Source: Aulosira sp. ZfuVER01 (GTDB taxonomy: Bacteria; Cyanobacteriota; Cyanobacteriia; Cyanobacteriales; Nostocaceae). From it: DNA of 64,000 bases. Each line of letters opens with the position of its first letter. Position 1 is the first letter of the stretch. The DNA is taken from positions 253,459 to 317,458 of the forward strand of contig JAVRCV020000049.1 of assembly GCA_034530615.2 (NCBI GenBank), read 5' to 3'. The notes beneath the pieces are model-generated. The model did not search any database. It was not told where the DNA came from and saw only the letters and a list, made by a program, of their open reading frames with translations. The translations under genes and the position numbers were made by a program. Of this stretch, positions 31,765 through 41,827 are shown piece after piece.

Positions 31765-32089
31765 GCCACCTCGTAGACTCAGATTTCATATCGCTTCATC
31801 CCAGATATACTTGCAAAAACATTACCCATCCGTATAAAAACTGAGATTTGTCAAAATTTTTTGTCGAGTCTACTTTGGATTTAAGCCATAAACAGGCTGA
31901 TATTAAGCTGATTACTTCACTAAGCAAACAGCCCTAGGAATTTACTAGCCAATTTATATAGGTTTATTTTTTACCAAACCAAAGCCCGGAAATGTAGGCG
32001 TCAGCCTTCCCGTAGGGGATGAAGTGAAGCAATGCCAAATCCTGGCGATCGCTTCATTTCATCCCAACGAGAACCACTAGATGACAATC

Positions 32090-32803
32090 TTAGGCTGCGA
32101 GTTTTTCCTCAAGTGGTTTAAAAGTCTTTTTGGTAGCACCGCAGATTGGACACTTCCAGTCATCAGGAATTTCTTCAAATGGCGTTCCCGGTGCAATACC
32201 AGAATCTGGATCGCCAGTAACGGGATCGTAAATCATACTACATTGTCTGCAAATCCATTTACGAGTTTTGGGATCTTCACCTGCAACTCTAGTTGCTGCT
32301 TGTCCGCCGTTCAGGACTTCTAAAGCTTCAGCGTAGCGATCGGCGTGGTAATTTTCGATAAATTTTAGCAAGCCAAAACGATGTGCTGCTTCTCGAAATG
32401 TGTTGGCATGATCGGTAGATTCTTTAGCTTGCTTGAGGAATTCTTCCGCAGCAGAACTATCGCGATCTTGTTGAGCAGCAGCGGCAAACTCTGGATACAT
32501 TGTAGTGTATTCATAAGTTTCACCTTCAATTGCCAATGATAAACAACGAGATACAATTTCTCGCTTTTGTTCATCAGTTAAAGCTGATGGATCTTTGACA
32601 ACTAATTCTGGATGGAGCAAAACAAAATGTGCAAAAGCGTGTTCTGTTTCTTGATCTGCTGTTTCTTTAAAAAGTTTCGCTAAGTCTGTAAACCCAAGTT
32701 TACGCGCCACTTCAGCAAAAAACAGATACTTCCGATTTGCCATCGATTCACCACCGAAGGCAGCTTCTAAGTTTTGGAGTGTAGCAAAGTTAGACAAATC
32801 CAT
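32090..32803 (-). CDS. Rubrerythrin with C-terminal rubredoxin domain
   Basis: AFGGESMANRKY, QETEHA, EGETYEYTTMYP. Rubredoxin WICRQC..YDP..GDPDSGI.PGT.FE.IPDDW.CPICGA. Confidence 0.92.
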   Translation of the reverse strand: MDLSNFATLQNLEAAFGGESMANRKYLFFAEVARKLGFTDLAKLFKETADQETEHAFAHFVLLHPELVVKDPSALTDEQKREIVSRCLSLAIEGETYEYTTMYPEFAAAAQQDRDSSAAEEFLKQAKESTDHANTFREAAHRFGLLKFIENYHADRYAEALEVLNGGQAATRVAGEDPKTRKWICRQCSMIYDPVTGDPDSGIAPGTPFEEIPDDWKCPICGATKKTFKPLEEKLAA

Positions 32804-33068
32804 AATTGTTGGAGGCTGGAAACGTTATTTTTTGTTGGGAAATACAGACTTTAAAACTGGGTAAAAGAGAATATACTCTAATGATTCAGAAACGTTTTAT
32901 ACAACGTTATTTATGCTACTTGAGCTACCCGTTTTGTTAGCCGTTCCAGGACAATTATAAAACTTAAAAGTTTTGTATTCGGCAAATTCTAGTTTTAATT
33001 TATTAGTGCTGATGTATTTGCCGATAATTAGGGATTCTCAGCAATATTTATGTAGTGATTAATAAAAA

Positions 33069-34136
33069 CTAATTGCGTTTTGGGGGAATTCCCCAAATCT
33101 TAATTTGTTTATCAAATCCACCACTAGCTAGCATTTGCCCATTAGGGCTAAAAGCGATCGCGCTTACCCAATCTGTATGACTGTTGAGTGTAGCGATCAA
33201 CTCACCTGTAGTCAAATTCCACAATTTAATCCCATCTTTCCCCGCACTAGCTAGGGTTTTGCCATCGGGGTTAACAGAAATCGCATTTACCCAGTTGTTA
33301 TGTCCTGTGAGAGTGCGGACTAGTTCGCCAGTGTGAATATTCCAAATTTTAATTGTGCGATCGTGGCTAGCTGTAATGATGGTCTGTCCATCTGGGGTAA
33401 AAGCTACAGTACTAACTAGATCGTAATGTCCTACATATCCGCGAATTAATTTCCCTGTACTCAAGTTCCACAGTTTAACTACACCTTTATAGTCTCCACT
33501 AACTAGCGTTTGACCATCAGGACTAACTGCTAGGCTATAAATCAAGTTATCAAAGCTGGCTAGAGTACCCAAAGGGCGCTGCTGTGGTAAATCCCATAAA
33601 CGGATTCCATCTATAGCACCACTGATGAGCACCTTACTATCAGGGGATACAGCTAAAGATAGAACATTAGTACTATGACCGACAAAAGAGCGTTTAAATT
33701 TCTGATTTTTTAGGTTCCACAGATTAATTGTGTAATCGCTACTACAGCTAGCGAGGGTTTCTCCATCTGGCGAAATCACCAAAGATGCTACAGCTGTTTT
33801 GTGTGCTTTACGAATAGTCCCCACCCGTTCGCCTTTTACCAGATTCCACAAGCGAATTACACCCTCATTTTCCGCACCACCACTGGCAAGAATTTTGCTG
33901 TCTGGACTGAAAGCTAGGGATTTTACGGTTCCCCCATGTCCCTTAAGGGTGTAAATTAACTGAGGATTCGCAAAGTTGGTTCTAGCTTGTAAGTTTAGTG
34001 CTTCTTGAGCCGCATCAGCATTTTTAATCGAAAACCCTTCCCAGATTGTAACTGGAAGGGTAATAAAAGCCATAAATGCCAGGACAATATACGGGCGAAG
34101 CACAGAATAATTCCTAACCTTTTCCTCGCTCCTCAC
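33069..34136 (-). CDS. WD40 repeat protein
   Basis: Seven GH...SPDG...D.TI.LW repeats after an N-terminal TM/signal segment. Confidence 0.92.
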   Translation of the reverse strand: MRSEEKVRNYSVLRPYIVLAFMAFITLPVTIWEGFSIKNADAAQEALNLQARTNFANPQLIYTLKGHGGTVKSLAFSPDSKILASGGAENEGVIRLWNLVKGERVGTIRKAHKTAVASLVISPDGETLASCSSDYTINLWNLKNQKFKRSFVGHSTNVLSLAVSPDSKVLISGAIDGIRLWDLPQQRPLGTLASFDNLIYSLAVSPDGQTLVSGDYKGVVKLWNLSTGKLIRGYVGHYDLVSTVAFTPDGQTIITASHDRTIKIWNIHTGELVRTLTGHNNWVNAISVNPDGKTLASAGKDGIKLWNLTTGELIATLNSHTDWVSAIAFSPNGQMLASGGFDKQIKIWGIPPKRN

Positions 34137-34338
34137 TGTTTTTTCTCATTTTGTAACGCCTGTTGCTACCCTACTCTACGTTCCGAGCAGCTGTCCTCAG
34201 GGCGTATACGGTTCTCTTGTGGGGTATGGCAGGTTTAGGCTGAGTTATAGAACCAACACAAAATACTTCACTTGGTAAAACTCCCAGTGAAGAACATCTA
34301 ATCTGGCTCTAACTTCTGTAGTACTCAGTACTATGTTA

Positions 34339-34436
34339 GGGACTTCCAGAAAACAAATTATCCATTTACTCAGATAATATTTTTCTTTCTCCCCCTGCCT
34401 ACACCGCGATGGGATATTTTTTTAGTTGGAAGTCCC
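34339..34436. mobile_element. MITE-like element
   Basis: TIRs gggacttcca / tggaagtccc flanked by TTA on both sides. The right TTA is the stop codon of 34437..34736. Confidence 0.7.
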
Positions 34437-34736
34437 TTAGTGGGGTGGTTTTTTCTTGGTCACAGTTAGCATCGGTAAAGTTGGACTCGAAGAACGCGAT
34501 GGTAAGTAATGTTGTACCACAGGCTCCTCTTCTGGTAAGGGACGGCGTTGCTGAATGCGCCACAGTTTCACACCGAGGCTAATTCCTGCTGTCACTAAAC
34601 CAAAAGTAAATAACGACCAGCTATCATCTAACCCACCAATCAGCGCGTCTACTACGCCCATAGTAATTAATAAACTAATTAGTGGCTCTTTCCGGTAGGA
34701 TGACTTTAAAAAACGAGGAAATATAACATTCATCAC
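34437..34736 (-). CDS. Small membrane hypothetical protein
   Basis: YRKEP..S..ITMG.VDA.IGG followed by a TM helix. Confidence 0.75.
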   Translation of the reverse strand: MMNVIFPRFLKSSYRKEPLISLLITMGVVDALIGGLDDSWSLFTFGLVTAGISLGVKLWRIQQRRPLPEEEPVVQHYLPSRSSSPTLPMLTVTKKKPPH

Positions 34737-35072
34737 AGTTTGGTTTGATCCCGATTGGCTTTTATGTCAGTTTACTGAGAATACCTCACCCGCAATTAGA
34801 CCGTTTTTGGACTTTCTGATGTCAAGGCATTTTCACGTATTATAATTATCTTAAGTAGGAGAGGAAGTGTAGTAATTAACCCTCTTGCACATACGAATTG
34901 CAAGTTTCGGATAAAACTGTCACTTTTGCTGTGCCTCTTAGCCATAGACGGTAAGTCGTGGGAGGTAGTTTCGCTATCTGTTACTTAAGTTAAAACCAGC
35001 CAGAATACCCAGCTGGTCAAAACTCTTCTAATTACTAGCTTACAACTTTAACGCCTGTGCTTTGTGGCAGCA

Positions 35073-35243
35073 CTACTTGAGACCGAGCCATGATAGCACG
35101 CCTTGATTGGTCAGGTATTCAATTACCACCATCAAGATGAAGCCAATCATCGCAGCTCGACCATTTAATCGTTCGGCATATTCATTAAAGCCAAATTTAG
35201 GCTCCTCTAGTTTGGGTGTAATCGTTGGCTTTGGTTGTGTCAT
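35073..35243 (-). CDS. hli: High light-inducible protein (Hlip/Scp), 56 aa
   Basis: Hand translation MTQPKPTITPKLEEPKFGFNEYAERLNGRAAMIGFILMVVIEYLTNQGVLSWLGLK contains the ExxNGRxAMxG motif. Below the ORF-track cutoff. Confidence 0.95.
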   Translation of the reverse strand: MTQPKPTITPKLEEPKFGFNEYAERLNGRAAMIGFILMVVIEYLTNQGVLSWLGLK

Positions 35244-35435
35244 CATTAACAATTCCTCTCTTCTTTATCGGCAAACGAAATGGATTGCGAGAAGTCTGTA
35301 AACGCTGCGGCGTTTCGCAGATTTGCTTCCGACCTTGGTGTCATAGCGACTGGTCTTCAGACATCAGAACTTCCGTAGGTGTTGAACTGAGTTGCCATGC
35401 TGGAAATCCAGCAACAACTTCTTGGAACAAAGACG

Positions 35436-35475
35436 TGTAAACAGTTGTTTACAATTTTTTATTATTCTTTATATA
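35436..35475. promoter_or_regulatory. HLR1-like (RpaB) repeats plus palindrome between hli and ald
   Basis: TTTACAAT/TTTATTAT/TTTATATA at a 10-nt period from 35448, overlapping TGTAAACA-gt-TGTTTACA. Confidence 0.5.
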
Positions 35476-35632
35476 TTTTAGAAAGACTAGGGCAATAGTC
35501 AAGGGTAAGAGTTGGTAGCACCTCTAAGGAAGTAGAAAAACTGAAAGCCATAAGTTAGCTATCCCTAATACGGAAGTAGCCAGTCTGGTACTGGCAGGCT
35601 AAAGTGAAACCAAAATTTATCAGAGGCTATAA

Positions 35633-36724
35633 ATGGAAATCGGCGTTCCCAAGGAAACTAAGGATCAAGAGTTTCGTGTAGGTTTGAGTCCTTCAAGTGT
35701 GCGGGTGTTGAGTGAAAATGGTCATGCTGTTTTCGTCCAGACACAAGCAGGTATTGGTGGTGGATTTACTGATGATGACTACATCGTTGCTGGGGCGGAG
35801 ATTGTTCCCACACCAGACGCGGCCTGGAATCGAGACCTCGTTGTCAAAGTTAAAGAACCCCAAGGAACTGAGTATAAATTTTTGCAGAAAGGACAGATAC
35901 TATTTACTTATCTGCATTTAGCAGCCGATCGCAAATTGACAGAACATTTAATTGATTGTGGCACTTGTGCGATCGCTTATGAAACCGTAGAACAACCTGG
36001 TTTAAACAAACTGCCTTTGCTCACACCGATGAGCATTATTGCTGGTCGGTTATCCGTACAATTTGGCGCAACCTATTTAGAACGTCACCAAGGTGGTAGA
36101 GGTGTTCTTTTAGGTGGGGTTCCGGGAGTGAAACCGGGCAAAGTCGTAATTTTAGGCGGCGGCGTCGTTGGTACAGAAGCAGCTAGAATTGCCGTAGGTA
36201 TGGGCGCGATCGTGCAAATATTGGACGTAAATGTCGATCGCTTATCTTACCTAGAAACTCTGTTTGGCTCTCGAGTTGAATTGCTGTATAGCAACTCTGC
36301 CCATATCGAAGCCGCCGTTAAAGAAGCTGATTTGCTGGTTGGTGCGGTTTTGCTGCCAGGACGCAGAGCACCAATATTAGTATCCCGCGAATTGGTACAA
36401 CAAATGCGTTCTGGTTCTGTAATTGTGGATGTTGCAGTTGACCAAGGCGGTTGTGTAGAAACTTTACGCACTACCACTCACACCAATCCAGTTTATGTGG
36501 AAGAAGGTGTAGTGCATTATGGCGTTCCCAATATGCCAGGTGCAGTACCTTGGACAGCTACCCAAGCACTGAACAACAGTACATTACCGTATGTTGTCCA
36601 GTTAGCAAACTTGGGTATTAAAGCGCTGGATGTTAACCCTGCACTTGCCAAAGGTGTGAATGTCCATAATCATCACTTAGTGCATCCTGGCGTACAGCAG
36701 GTATTCCCCGATTTAGTCAGCTAA
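35633..36724 (+). CDS. ald: Alanine dehydrogenase
   Basis: [43 protein letters not shown]. Confidence 0.95.
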   Translation: MEIGVPKETKDQEFRVGLSPSSVRVLSENGHAVFVQTQAGIGGGFTDDDYIVAGAEIVPTPDAAWNRDLVVKVKEPQGTEYKFLQKGQILFTYLHLAADRKLTEHLIDCGTCAIAYETVEQPGLNKLPLLTPMSIIAGRLSVQFGATYLERHQGGRGVLLGGVPGVKPGKVVILGGGVVGTEAARIAVGMGAIVQILDVNVDRLSYLETLFGSRVELLYSNSAHIEAAVKEADLLVGAVLLPGRRAPILVSRELVQQMRSGSVIVDVAVDQGGCVETLRTTTHTNPVYVEEGVVHYGVPNMPGAVPWTATQALNNSTLPYVVQLANLGIKALDVNPALAKGVNVHNHHLVHPGVQQVFPDLVS

Positions 36725-36937
36725 TACCACAACAAACTCGATATTTACAAAAGGTTTGTATTTATCTAGGGATTACAGTTGTAGTATTTATACTTAATTA
36801 ATCAGAAGACTTTACCAGATACGAAATTTCGTGTCTGGTAAATTTTCACGGATAAATGCGATCGCTCTTCATTCAAATAGTCAAATTAGCTACCCTTGCT
36901 CATTAATATTAATAAAGTTAGTTAGCAGCGATCGCCC

Positions 36938-37822
36938 TTGAGTTACGACAACACCTGCAAATACCTCGCAGAAAACTACCCCGCAGATTTTGCTCGATGG
37001 TTACTTGCATCTGAAACTTCAAATATCCAAGTACTTAAAACCGAACTGAATCTAGAACCAATTCGCGCTGATTCAGTGACTTTTCTGCAAATCTCTAGCC
37101 AAATTTTGCATTTAGAGTTTCAGACTTCACCAGCATCCACACCCCCACTTGACTTTCGGATGCTTGATTACTACACCAGATTGAAACGGCAATACTGGTG
37201 CGATATTGAGCAGGCATTGATTTTTCTCCAACCTACATCCTCGGAAGTTGTTTTTAATACTCAATATATAGACAAGAAAACCAGACACGAATATCGAGTG
37301 ATTCGCTTATGGGAAGAAGATCCAACACCATTACTAGCTAACCCCGCACTCCTACCCTTGGCGACATTGGCTAGAACCGACTCACCCGTAAACTTACTCG
37401 AACAAGTCGCTGCTGCTGTCGATATGATTGAGGTAACAGACGAAAAACAGAATATATCAGCTTGCGTACAGGTTCTAGCTGGTTTGCGGTTTGACAAGAA
37501 TTTGATTAGACAGCTATTTAGAGAGGAAATTATGCAAGAATCTGTGATTTACCAAGATATTTTGCAAAAGGGATTGCAACAAGGATTACAACAGGGATTA
37601 CAACAAGGTGAAGAACTAGGCAAGAAACAGGAGGCGTTAGAACTGATTCTCCGTCTTTTGACACGTCGCTTTGGTGCAATTGAGCCGGAGACAGAACAGC
37701 AGATTCGCAGTTTATCAATCACTCAGCTAGAGGATTTAGCTGAGGCGCTGTTAGATTTCACTAGCCAAAGCGATGTAGTGAATTATCTGGCGAGTATTTC
37801 CCCACCTCAAACCAATCAATAA
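36938..37822 (+). CDS. Rpn/YhgA-like PD-(D/E)XK protein with C-terminal DUF4351-like domain
   Basis: YDN.CKYL, IRADS, LHLEFQT, RMLDY, MQES.IYQ, (GLQQ)3, LE.LAEALLDF. Confidence 0.85.
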   Translation: MSYDNTCKYLAENYPADFARWLLASETSNIQVLKTELNLEPIRADSVTFLQISSQILHLEFQTSPASTPPLDFRMLDYYTRLKRQYWCDIEQALIFLQPTSSEVVFNTQYIDKKTRHEYRVIRLWEEDPTPLLANPALLPLATLARTDSPVNLLEQVAAAVDMIEVTDEKQNISACVQVLAGLRFDKNLIRQLFREEIMQESVIYQDILQKGLQQGLQQGLQQGEELGKKQEALELILRLLTRRFGAIEPETEQQIRSLSITQLEDLAEALLDFTSQSDVVNYLASISPPQTNQ

Positions 37823-37921
37823 GATTAAGGAGCTGTATCGACGCGATCGCCTCACCTAACACTACTCATCTACAATATAGATAGACTTTGTTGAGATTTG
37901 TATCGTTGGGGATTAGCTGTC

Positions 37922-38941
37922 ATGGCTCCCGCTGTTTTAATTCAAAATCTGCAAAAGCGCTATGGCACGGTTGAAGCCGTCAAAGATGTCTCCTTTGCGG
38001 TAGAACCGGGAGAAATCTTTGGTTTACTCGGCCCCAATGGCGCTGGCAAAACTACTACTCTGCGTGCTTTATGTACACTCACTACGCCGGATGCTGGCAA
38101 AATCGAAGTATCTGGAATCTCGGTGTTAGATACTCCCAGAGTGGCAAGACAAAAGCTTGGTTATGTGGCTCAAGAAGTCGCTTTAGATAAGGTGCTGACT
38201 GGTAGAGAACTGCTGCAACTGCAAGCGGCGCTTTATCACCTCCCCGGCGCGGTAGGGAAACAGCGAATTGAAGCCGTGTTAAATTTACTTGGTTTGCAAG
38301 AATACGCTGATAAAAAAACCGGAACTTATTCTGGCGGTTTACGCAAGCGCCTAGATTTGGCGGCGGGATTGCTTCACGCACCAGATGTTTTGGTGTTGGA
38401 TGAGCCGACGGTGGGACTTGATATAGAAAGCCGTTTTATCGTGTGGGAATTCCTGAGGAAGTTACGCGCCTCTGGAACGACGGTAGTAATTACCAGCCAT
38501 TATTTAGAAGAAATTGACGCCTTAGCCGATCGCGTGGCAATTATCGATCGCGGCGTTGTCATTGCATCTGGGACACCTTCGCAATTGAAGGAGCAAGTCG
38601 GAGGCGATCGCATTACTTTGCGAATCCGCGAGTTTACCCCCATTGAGGAAGCTGAAAAAGCCAAACACCTCTTGCAAGCTTTGCCATTAGTACAGGAAGC
38701 GATCGTTAACAGCGCTCAAGGTAATTCCCTCAACTTGGTGGTGACACCACAAAATGACGCGCTGATTACGATCCAACAAACCTTGAATACCGCTGGCTTG
38801 CCCATTTTTGGCATCGCCCAATCTCGTCCCAGCTTAGATGACGTTTACCTCGCCGCCACAGGACGCACTTTGATGGATGCAGAACTCGCAGCTGTTGCCA
38901 ATCGCGATCCAAAGGCTGAGAAAAAGCAAAATATGAGATAA
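37922..38941 (+). CDS. ABC transporter ATP-binding protein (DrrA/NodI-like)
   Basis: GPNGAGKTT, YSGGLR, LVLDEPT, TSHY. Confidence 0.92.
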   Translation: MAPAVLIQNLQKRYGTVEAVKDVSFAVEPGEIFGLLGPNGAGKTTTLRALCTLTTPDAGKIEVSGISVLDTPRVARQKLGYVAQEVALDKVLTGRELLQLQAALYHLPGAVGKQRIEAVLNLLGLQEYADKKTGTYSGGLRKRLDLAAGLLHAPDVLVLDEPTVGLDIESRFIVWEFLRKLRASGTTVVITSHYLEEIDALADRVAIIDRGVVIASGTPSQLKEQVGGDRITLRIREFTPIEEAEKAKHLLQALPLVQEAIVNSAQGNSLNLVVTPQNDALITIQQTLNTAGLPIFGIAQSRPSLDDVYLAATGRTLMDAELAAVANRDPKAEKKQNMR

Positions 38942-38980
38942 AGGGCATGGCAAATGGGGCATAGAGCATAGAAATAATTA

Positions 38981-39080
38981 CAATGCCCAATGACGCCAGT
39001 TGCCTCAAGTCGGGAAACCCGCCCACAGCACTGGCTCCCCAATGCCCAATGCCCAATGCTCAATGCCCAATGCCCAATCC
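38981..39080. repeat. CAATGCC heptamer STRR array with an embedded ~48-bp hairpin element
   Basis: caatgcc repeats flanking acgccagttgcctcaagtcgggaaacccgcccacagcactggctcccc. Confidence 0.8.
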
Positions 39081-39089
39081 TTAATCGTT

Positions 39090-39977
39090 ATGAGCGTTAC
39101 TCCTAAACCTGATATAAATTGGCAGCCAGCAACATCACCGCAAGGTTACGCTGATGCTACTCCTAATTTTTTTGGTGAATTAGTACAAGAGACTTTGGCG
39201 TTAACTCGTCGTTTGTTTATTCAGCTGCAACGCCGTCCTTCAACTCTATTGGCGGGGATTGTTCAGCCTGTGATGTGGCTAGTACTATTTGGTGCATTGT
39301 TCCAAAATGCTCCCAAGGGCATTTTTGGCAGTACAACAAATTACGGGCAATTCTTGTCTGCTGGTGTAATTGTTTTTACAGCTTTTGCAGGAGCGCTAAA
39401 TGCTGGTTTGCCAGTGATGTTTGACCGTGAGTTTGGTTTTTTAAATCGGTTACTGGTAGCGCCTTTAGCATCAAGATTTTCAATTGTCTTTGCTTCGGCA
39501 ATCTTTATTATTAGTCAAAGTTTACTGCAAGCAGCTGTAATTGTTGCCGCGGCAGCATTTTTAGGCGCAGGTCTACCCGATGTAGCTGGGTTGGGTGCGA
39601 TCGCTTTAATTGTCTTTCTCCTGGCTTTGGGTGTAACAGCTATTTCCCTTGGCTTGGCTTTTGCTCTCCCCGGACACATTGAACTGATTGCGGTAATTTT
39701 TGTGACTAACCTACCGCTATTATTTGCTAGTACTGCTTTGGCACCTTTATCTTTTATGCCTAAGTGGTTGCAGGTTGTCGCTACTCTCAATCCTTTGAGT
39801 TACGCTATTGAACCGATTCGCTATCTTTATCTCCACGGCAATTGGAGCTTAGGTAGCGTCGTCATGCAAGCTCCTTGGGGTGCTGTTACTTTTGGCGAAG
39901 CATTACTAATATTACTTGGCTTTGCTGTAGTCGCCTTGTTAAGTATTCAACCCCAACTTAGACGAACTCTTGCTTAA
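39090..39977 (+). CDS. ABC-2 type transporter permease
   Basis: QPVMWLVLFG, FDREFGFLNRLLVAP, NPLSYAIEPIR. Start taken as the ATG at 39090. Confidence 0.9.
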   Translation: MSVTPKPDINWQPATSPQGYADATPNFFGELVQETLALTRRLFIQLQRRPSTLLAGIVQPVMWLVLFGALFQNAPKGIFGSTTNYGQFLSAGVIVFTAFAGALNAGLPVMFDREFGFLNRLLVAPLASRFSIVFASAIFIISQSLLQAAVIVAAAAFLGAGLPDVAGLGAIALIVFLLALGVTAISLGLAFALPGHIELIAVIFVTNLPLLFASTALAPLSFMPKWLQVVATLNPLSYAIEPIRYLYLHGNWSLGSVVMQAPWGAVTFGEALLILLGFAVVALLSIQPQLRRTLA

Positions 39978-40021
39978 GATATAAGCATGATCTCCTTGTA
40001 AAAAATTTAGGGGAAAAACCC

Positions 40022-40426
40022 ATGAAGAAACCACTGCTACCCCTTGCCAAACTTGTATTTACTACCGTAGCGGGAATGGGCTGCGCTTCCTTGCTGATGG
40101 CTCAACCTAGTTTGGCTCAACTCAGTAACGTAGATTCATTTCCTGGTGCAGATTCTAACCAGAATAATAATACCGATCCATTATCTAGTGGCGGCAACTC
40201 AGATTTCAATATGTTCAATCTGATTCATCGAGCTAATTTTGGGGGTTTTAACTGGAATACTGAACAGCAAAACCAACAATTAGACGAAGCAACTCTTGAG
40301 TTTAAAAAAAGGCAACAACAGGCAATTCAAAATGGTGGCCAGCTTGGAACTACACCTCAAGCTTTGCCAATCATTAGACTCCCAGAAAATACCCCTGCAC
40401 AGCAGACAATACCAGCAAAAAACTAG
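40022..40426 (+). CDS. Exported hypothetical protein
   Basis: Signal peptide ending in PSLAQ. FNLIHRAN motif. Confidence 0.75.
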   Translation: MKKPLLPLAKLVFTTVAGMGCASLLMAQPSLAQLSNVDSFPGADSNQNNNTDPLSSGGNSDFNMFNLIHRANFGGFNWNTEQQNQQLDEATLEFKKRQQQAIQNGGQLGTTPQALPIIRLPENTPAQQTIPAKN

Positions 40427-40453
40427 AGATATCGCAAACTGAATCTAAATACA

Positions 40454-40485
40454 CCTTGCTTCCACTACAAACGGTGGAAGCAAGG
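40454..40485. terminator. Likely bidirectional terminator hairpin
   Basis: ccttgcttccac...gtggaagcaagg between convergent genes. Confidence 0.6.
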
Positions 40486-40521
40486 GTAAAAAAGAATTAT
40501 TTAGCGATCGCGTGAAATCAA

Positions 40522-40959
40522 CTATAGACCCAAAGCCGCTAGAACATCACTAGCGTGGCTGGCAGTGTTGACAGCAGAATCAACATGGATAATTTTGCCA
40601 TTGGGATCAATTACGTAGGTGACACGCTTGGCATAACCGCCACCATCTACATCGAAGGCTTGGATCAGGCTTTTGTCAGTATCAGCCAGTAAAGGAAAAT
40701 TCAGATTATATTTAGCGGTGAATGCTTGATGGGAAGCTTCATCATCTGCACTCACTCCTAGTACTACAACATCTTTACCTTGGTAATCGGATTGAGCATC
40801 CCGGAAACTACAGGCTTGTTTGGTACAGCCTGGGGTATCATCTTTAGGGTAAAAGTATAAAACCACTGTCTTACCAGCAAAATCAGATAACGAGACAGTG
40901 TTGCCGTTAGTATCTTTGGCGGTAAATTTAGGTGCATCCGTACCGACTGCTAGAGGCAT
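40522..40959 (-). CDS. bcp: Peroxiredoxin Q/BCP
   Basis: YFYPKDDTPGCTKQACSFRD. Confidence 0.93.
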   Translation of the reverse strand: MPLAVGTDAPKFTAKDTNGNTVSLSDFAGKTVVLYFYPKDDTPGCTKQACSFRDAQSDYQGKDVVVLGVSADDEASHQAFTAKYNLNFPLLADTDKSLIQAFDVDGGGYAKRVTYVIDPNGKIIHVDSAVNTASHASDVLAALGL

Positions 40960-41000
40960 AATGAACCCTTCCTGTATAAGATTGTTGGGGCATTTGAAAT

Positions 41001-41018
41001 TTTACAATAATTTACAAT
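41001..41018. promoter_or_regulatory. Perfect HLR1 (RpaB-binding) direct repeat upstream of bcp
   Basis: TTTACAAT-AA-TTTACAAT matches (G/T)TTACA(T/A)(T/A)-N2 repeat. Confidence 0.65.
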
Positions 41019-41130
41019 AATTAAATGAATTACTTAAGAAACGCAACAAACTACTCAAGAGTCCATAGTCAAATAACTAAATAACTCTTGACCCTTGAAC
41101 GCCACTTGACCCTTGACCCAACCCTTGACA

Positions 41131-41535
41131 ATGCCTGCTACTGATTCCCAAAACCCAAAAACCTTTTCTTATCCTCAAAGTACTGTAGAACGAGCTGAGC
41201 GATCGCTTGTCTGTTCGCCCTTCAATCCAGCTTTATTAACAGCGATGCATCACCAAAGTGTGCCATTGAGTGCGATCGCGCAAGATAGTGGTATCAAGCA
41301 TGGCTACACTAAACGTTCTGTATCAGAATTAACTTGTGATAACGCCTTGGATTGGCTGATTCAAGTAGGTGTACTGCGACGCGAAGTTGATGGCCAGGGA
41401 ATTACCGATAGTTTTCGCCTCACTCCCCTAGGTCAACAGTTAGCAGAAAAATACCAAAGTCAAAATTGGCGTCAGCCCTCATGGCGCGATCGCTTACAAA
41501 ATGCTATGACTCGTTGGTTGAGATTGCCTTTCTAG
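41131..41535 (+). CDS. Conserved cyanobacterial protein (Npun_F0494-like)
   Basis: RAERSL.CSPF...WLIQVGVLRREVDGQGITDSFRLTPLG. Confidence 0.8.
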   Translation: MPATDSQNPKTFSYPQSTVERAERSLVCSPFNPALLTAMHHQSVPLSAIAQDSGIKHGYTKRSVSELTCDNALDWLIQVGVLRREVDGQGITDSFRLTPLGQQLAEKYQSQNWRQPSWRDRLQNAMTRWLRLPF

Positions 41536-41827
41536 GCTCTCAAACCAATAAAGTTAGGATGATGAACTATCAGGGAACAATATATACGCAAGCATCGACC
41601 CCCTTTATAAGGCCTTTATCATCAGCCTCTGACTGAGTTTGTCCGGTGATTGTACGGTGTATATAGGATATAGGAAGCACTAAAGCATCCTCTAGGATTA
41701 GTGGTTGAATGCCCTACCTTCAATGCTTCTATCAGCTTCCTAGCTTGTTAAATACTAACAAGCGGATTGCTAAATTACCGTTCACCCCTGAAATTCCGCC
41801 CCTTATATAGAAAAACTGATAGTCATT

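Noticed and set aside
35290..35345. Glutamine (glnA) riboswitch suggested by GGTCGGAAGCAA on the minus strand
   Set aside because: The flanking P1 elements (CGTT.../..GAAG.AACG) are not evident.
36938..37822. Rpn/DUF4351-like gene as an active transposon
   Set aside because: No terminal repeats or TSD seen. This family is abundant and generally solitary in cyanobacteria.
41560..41827. Cobalamin riboswitch upstream of cobQ
   Set aside because: No B12-box or GGGAA..CGGTG..CCG core visible.
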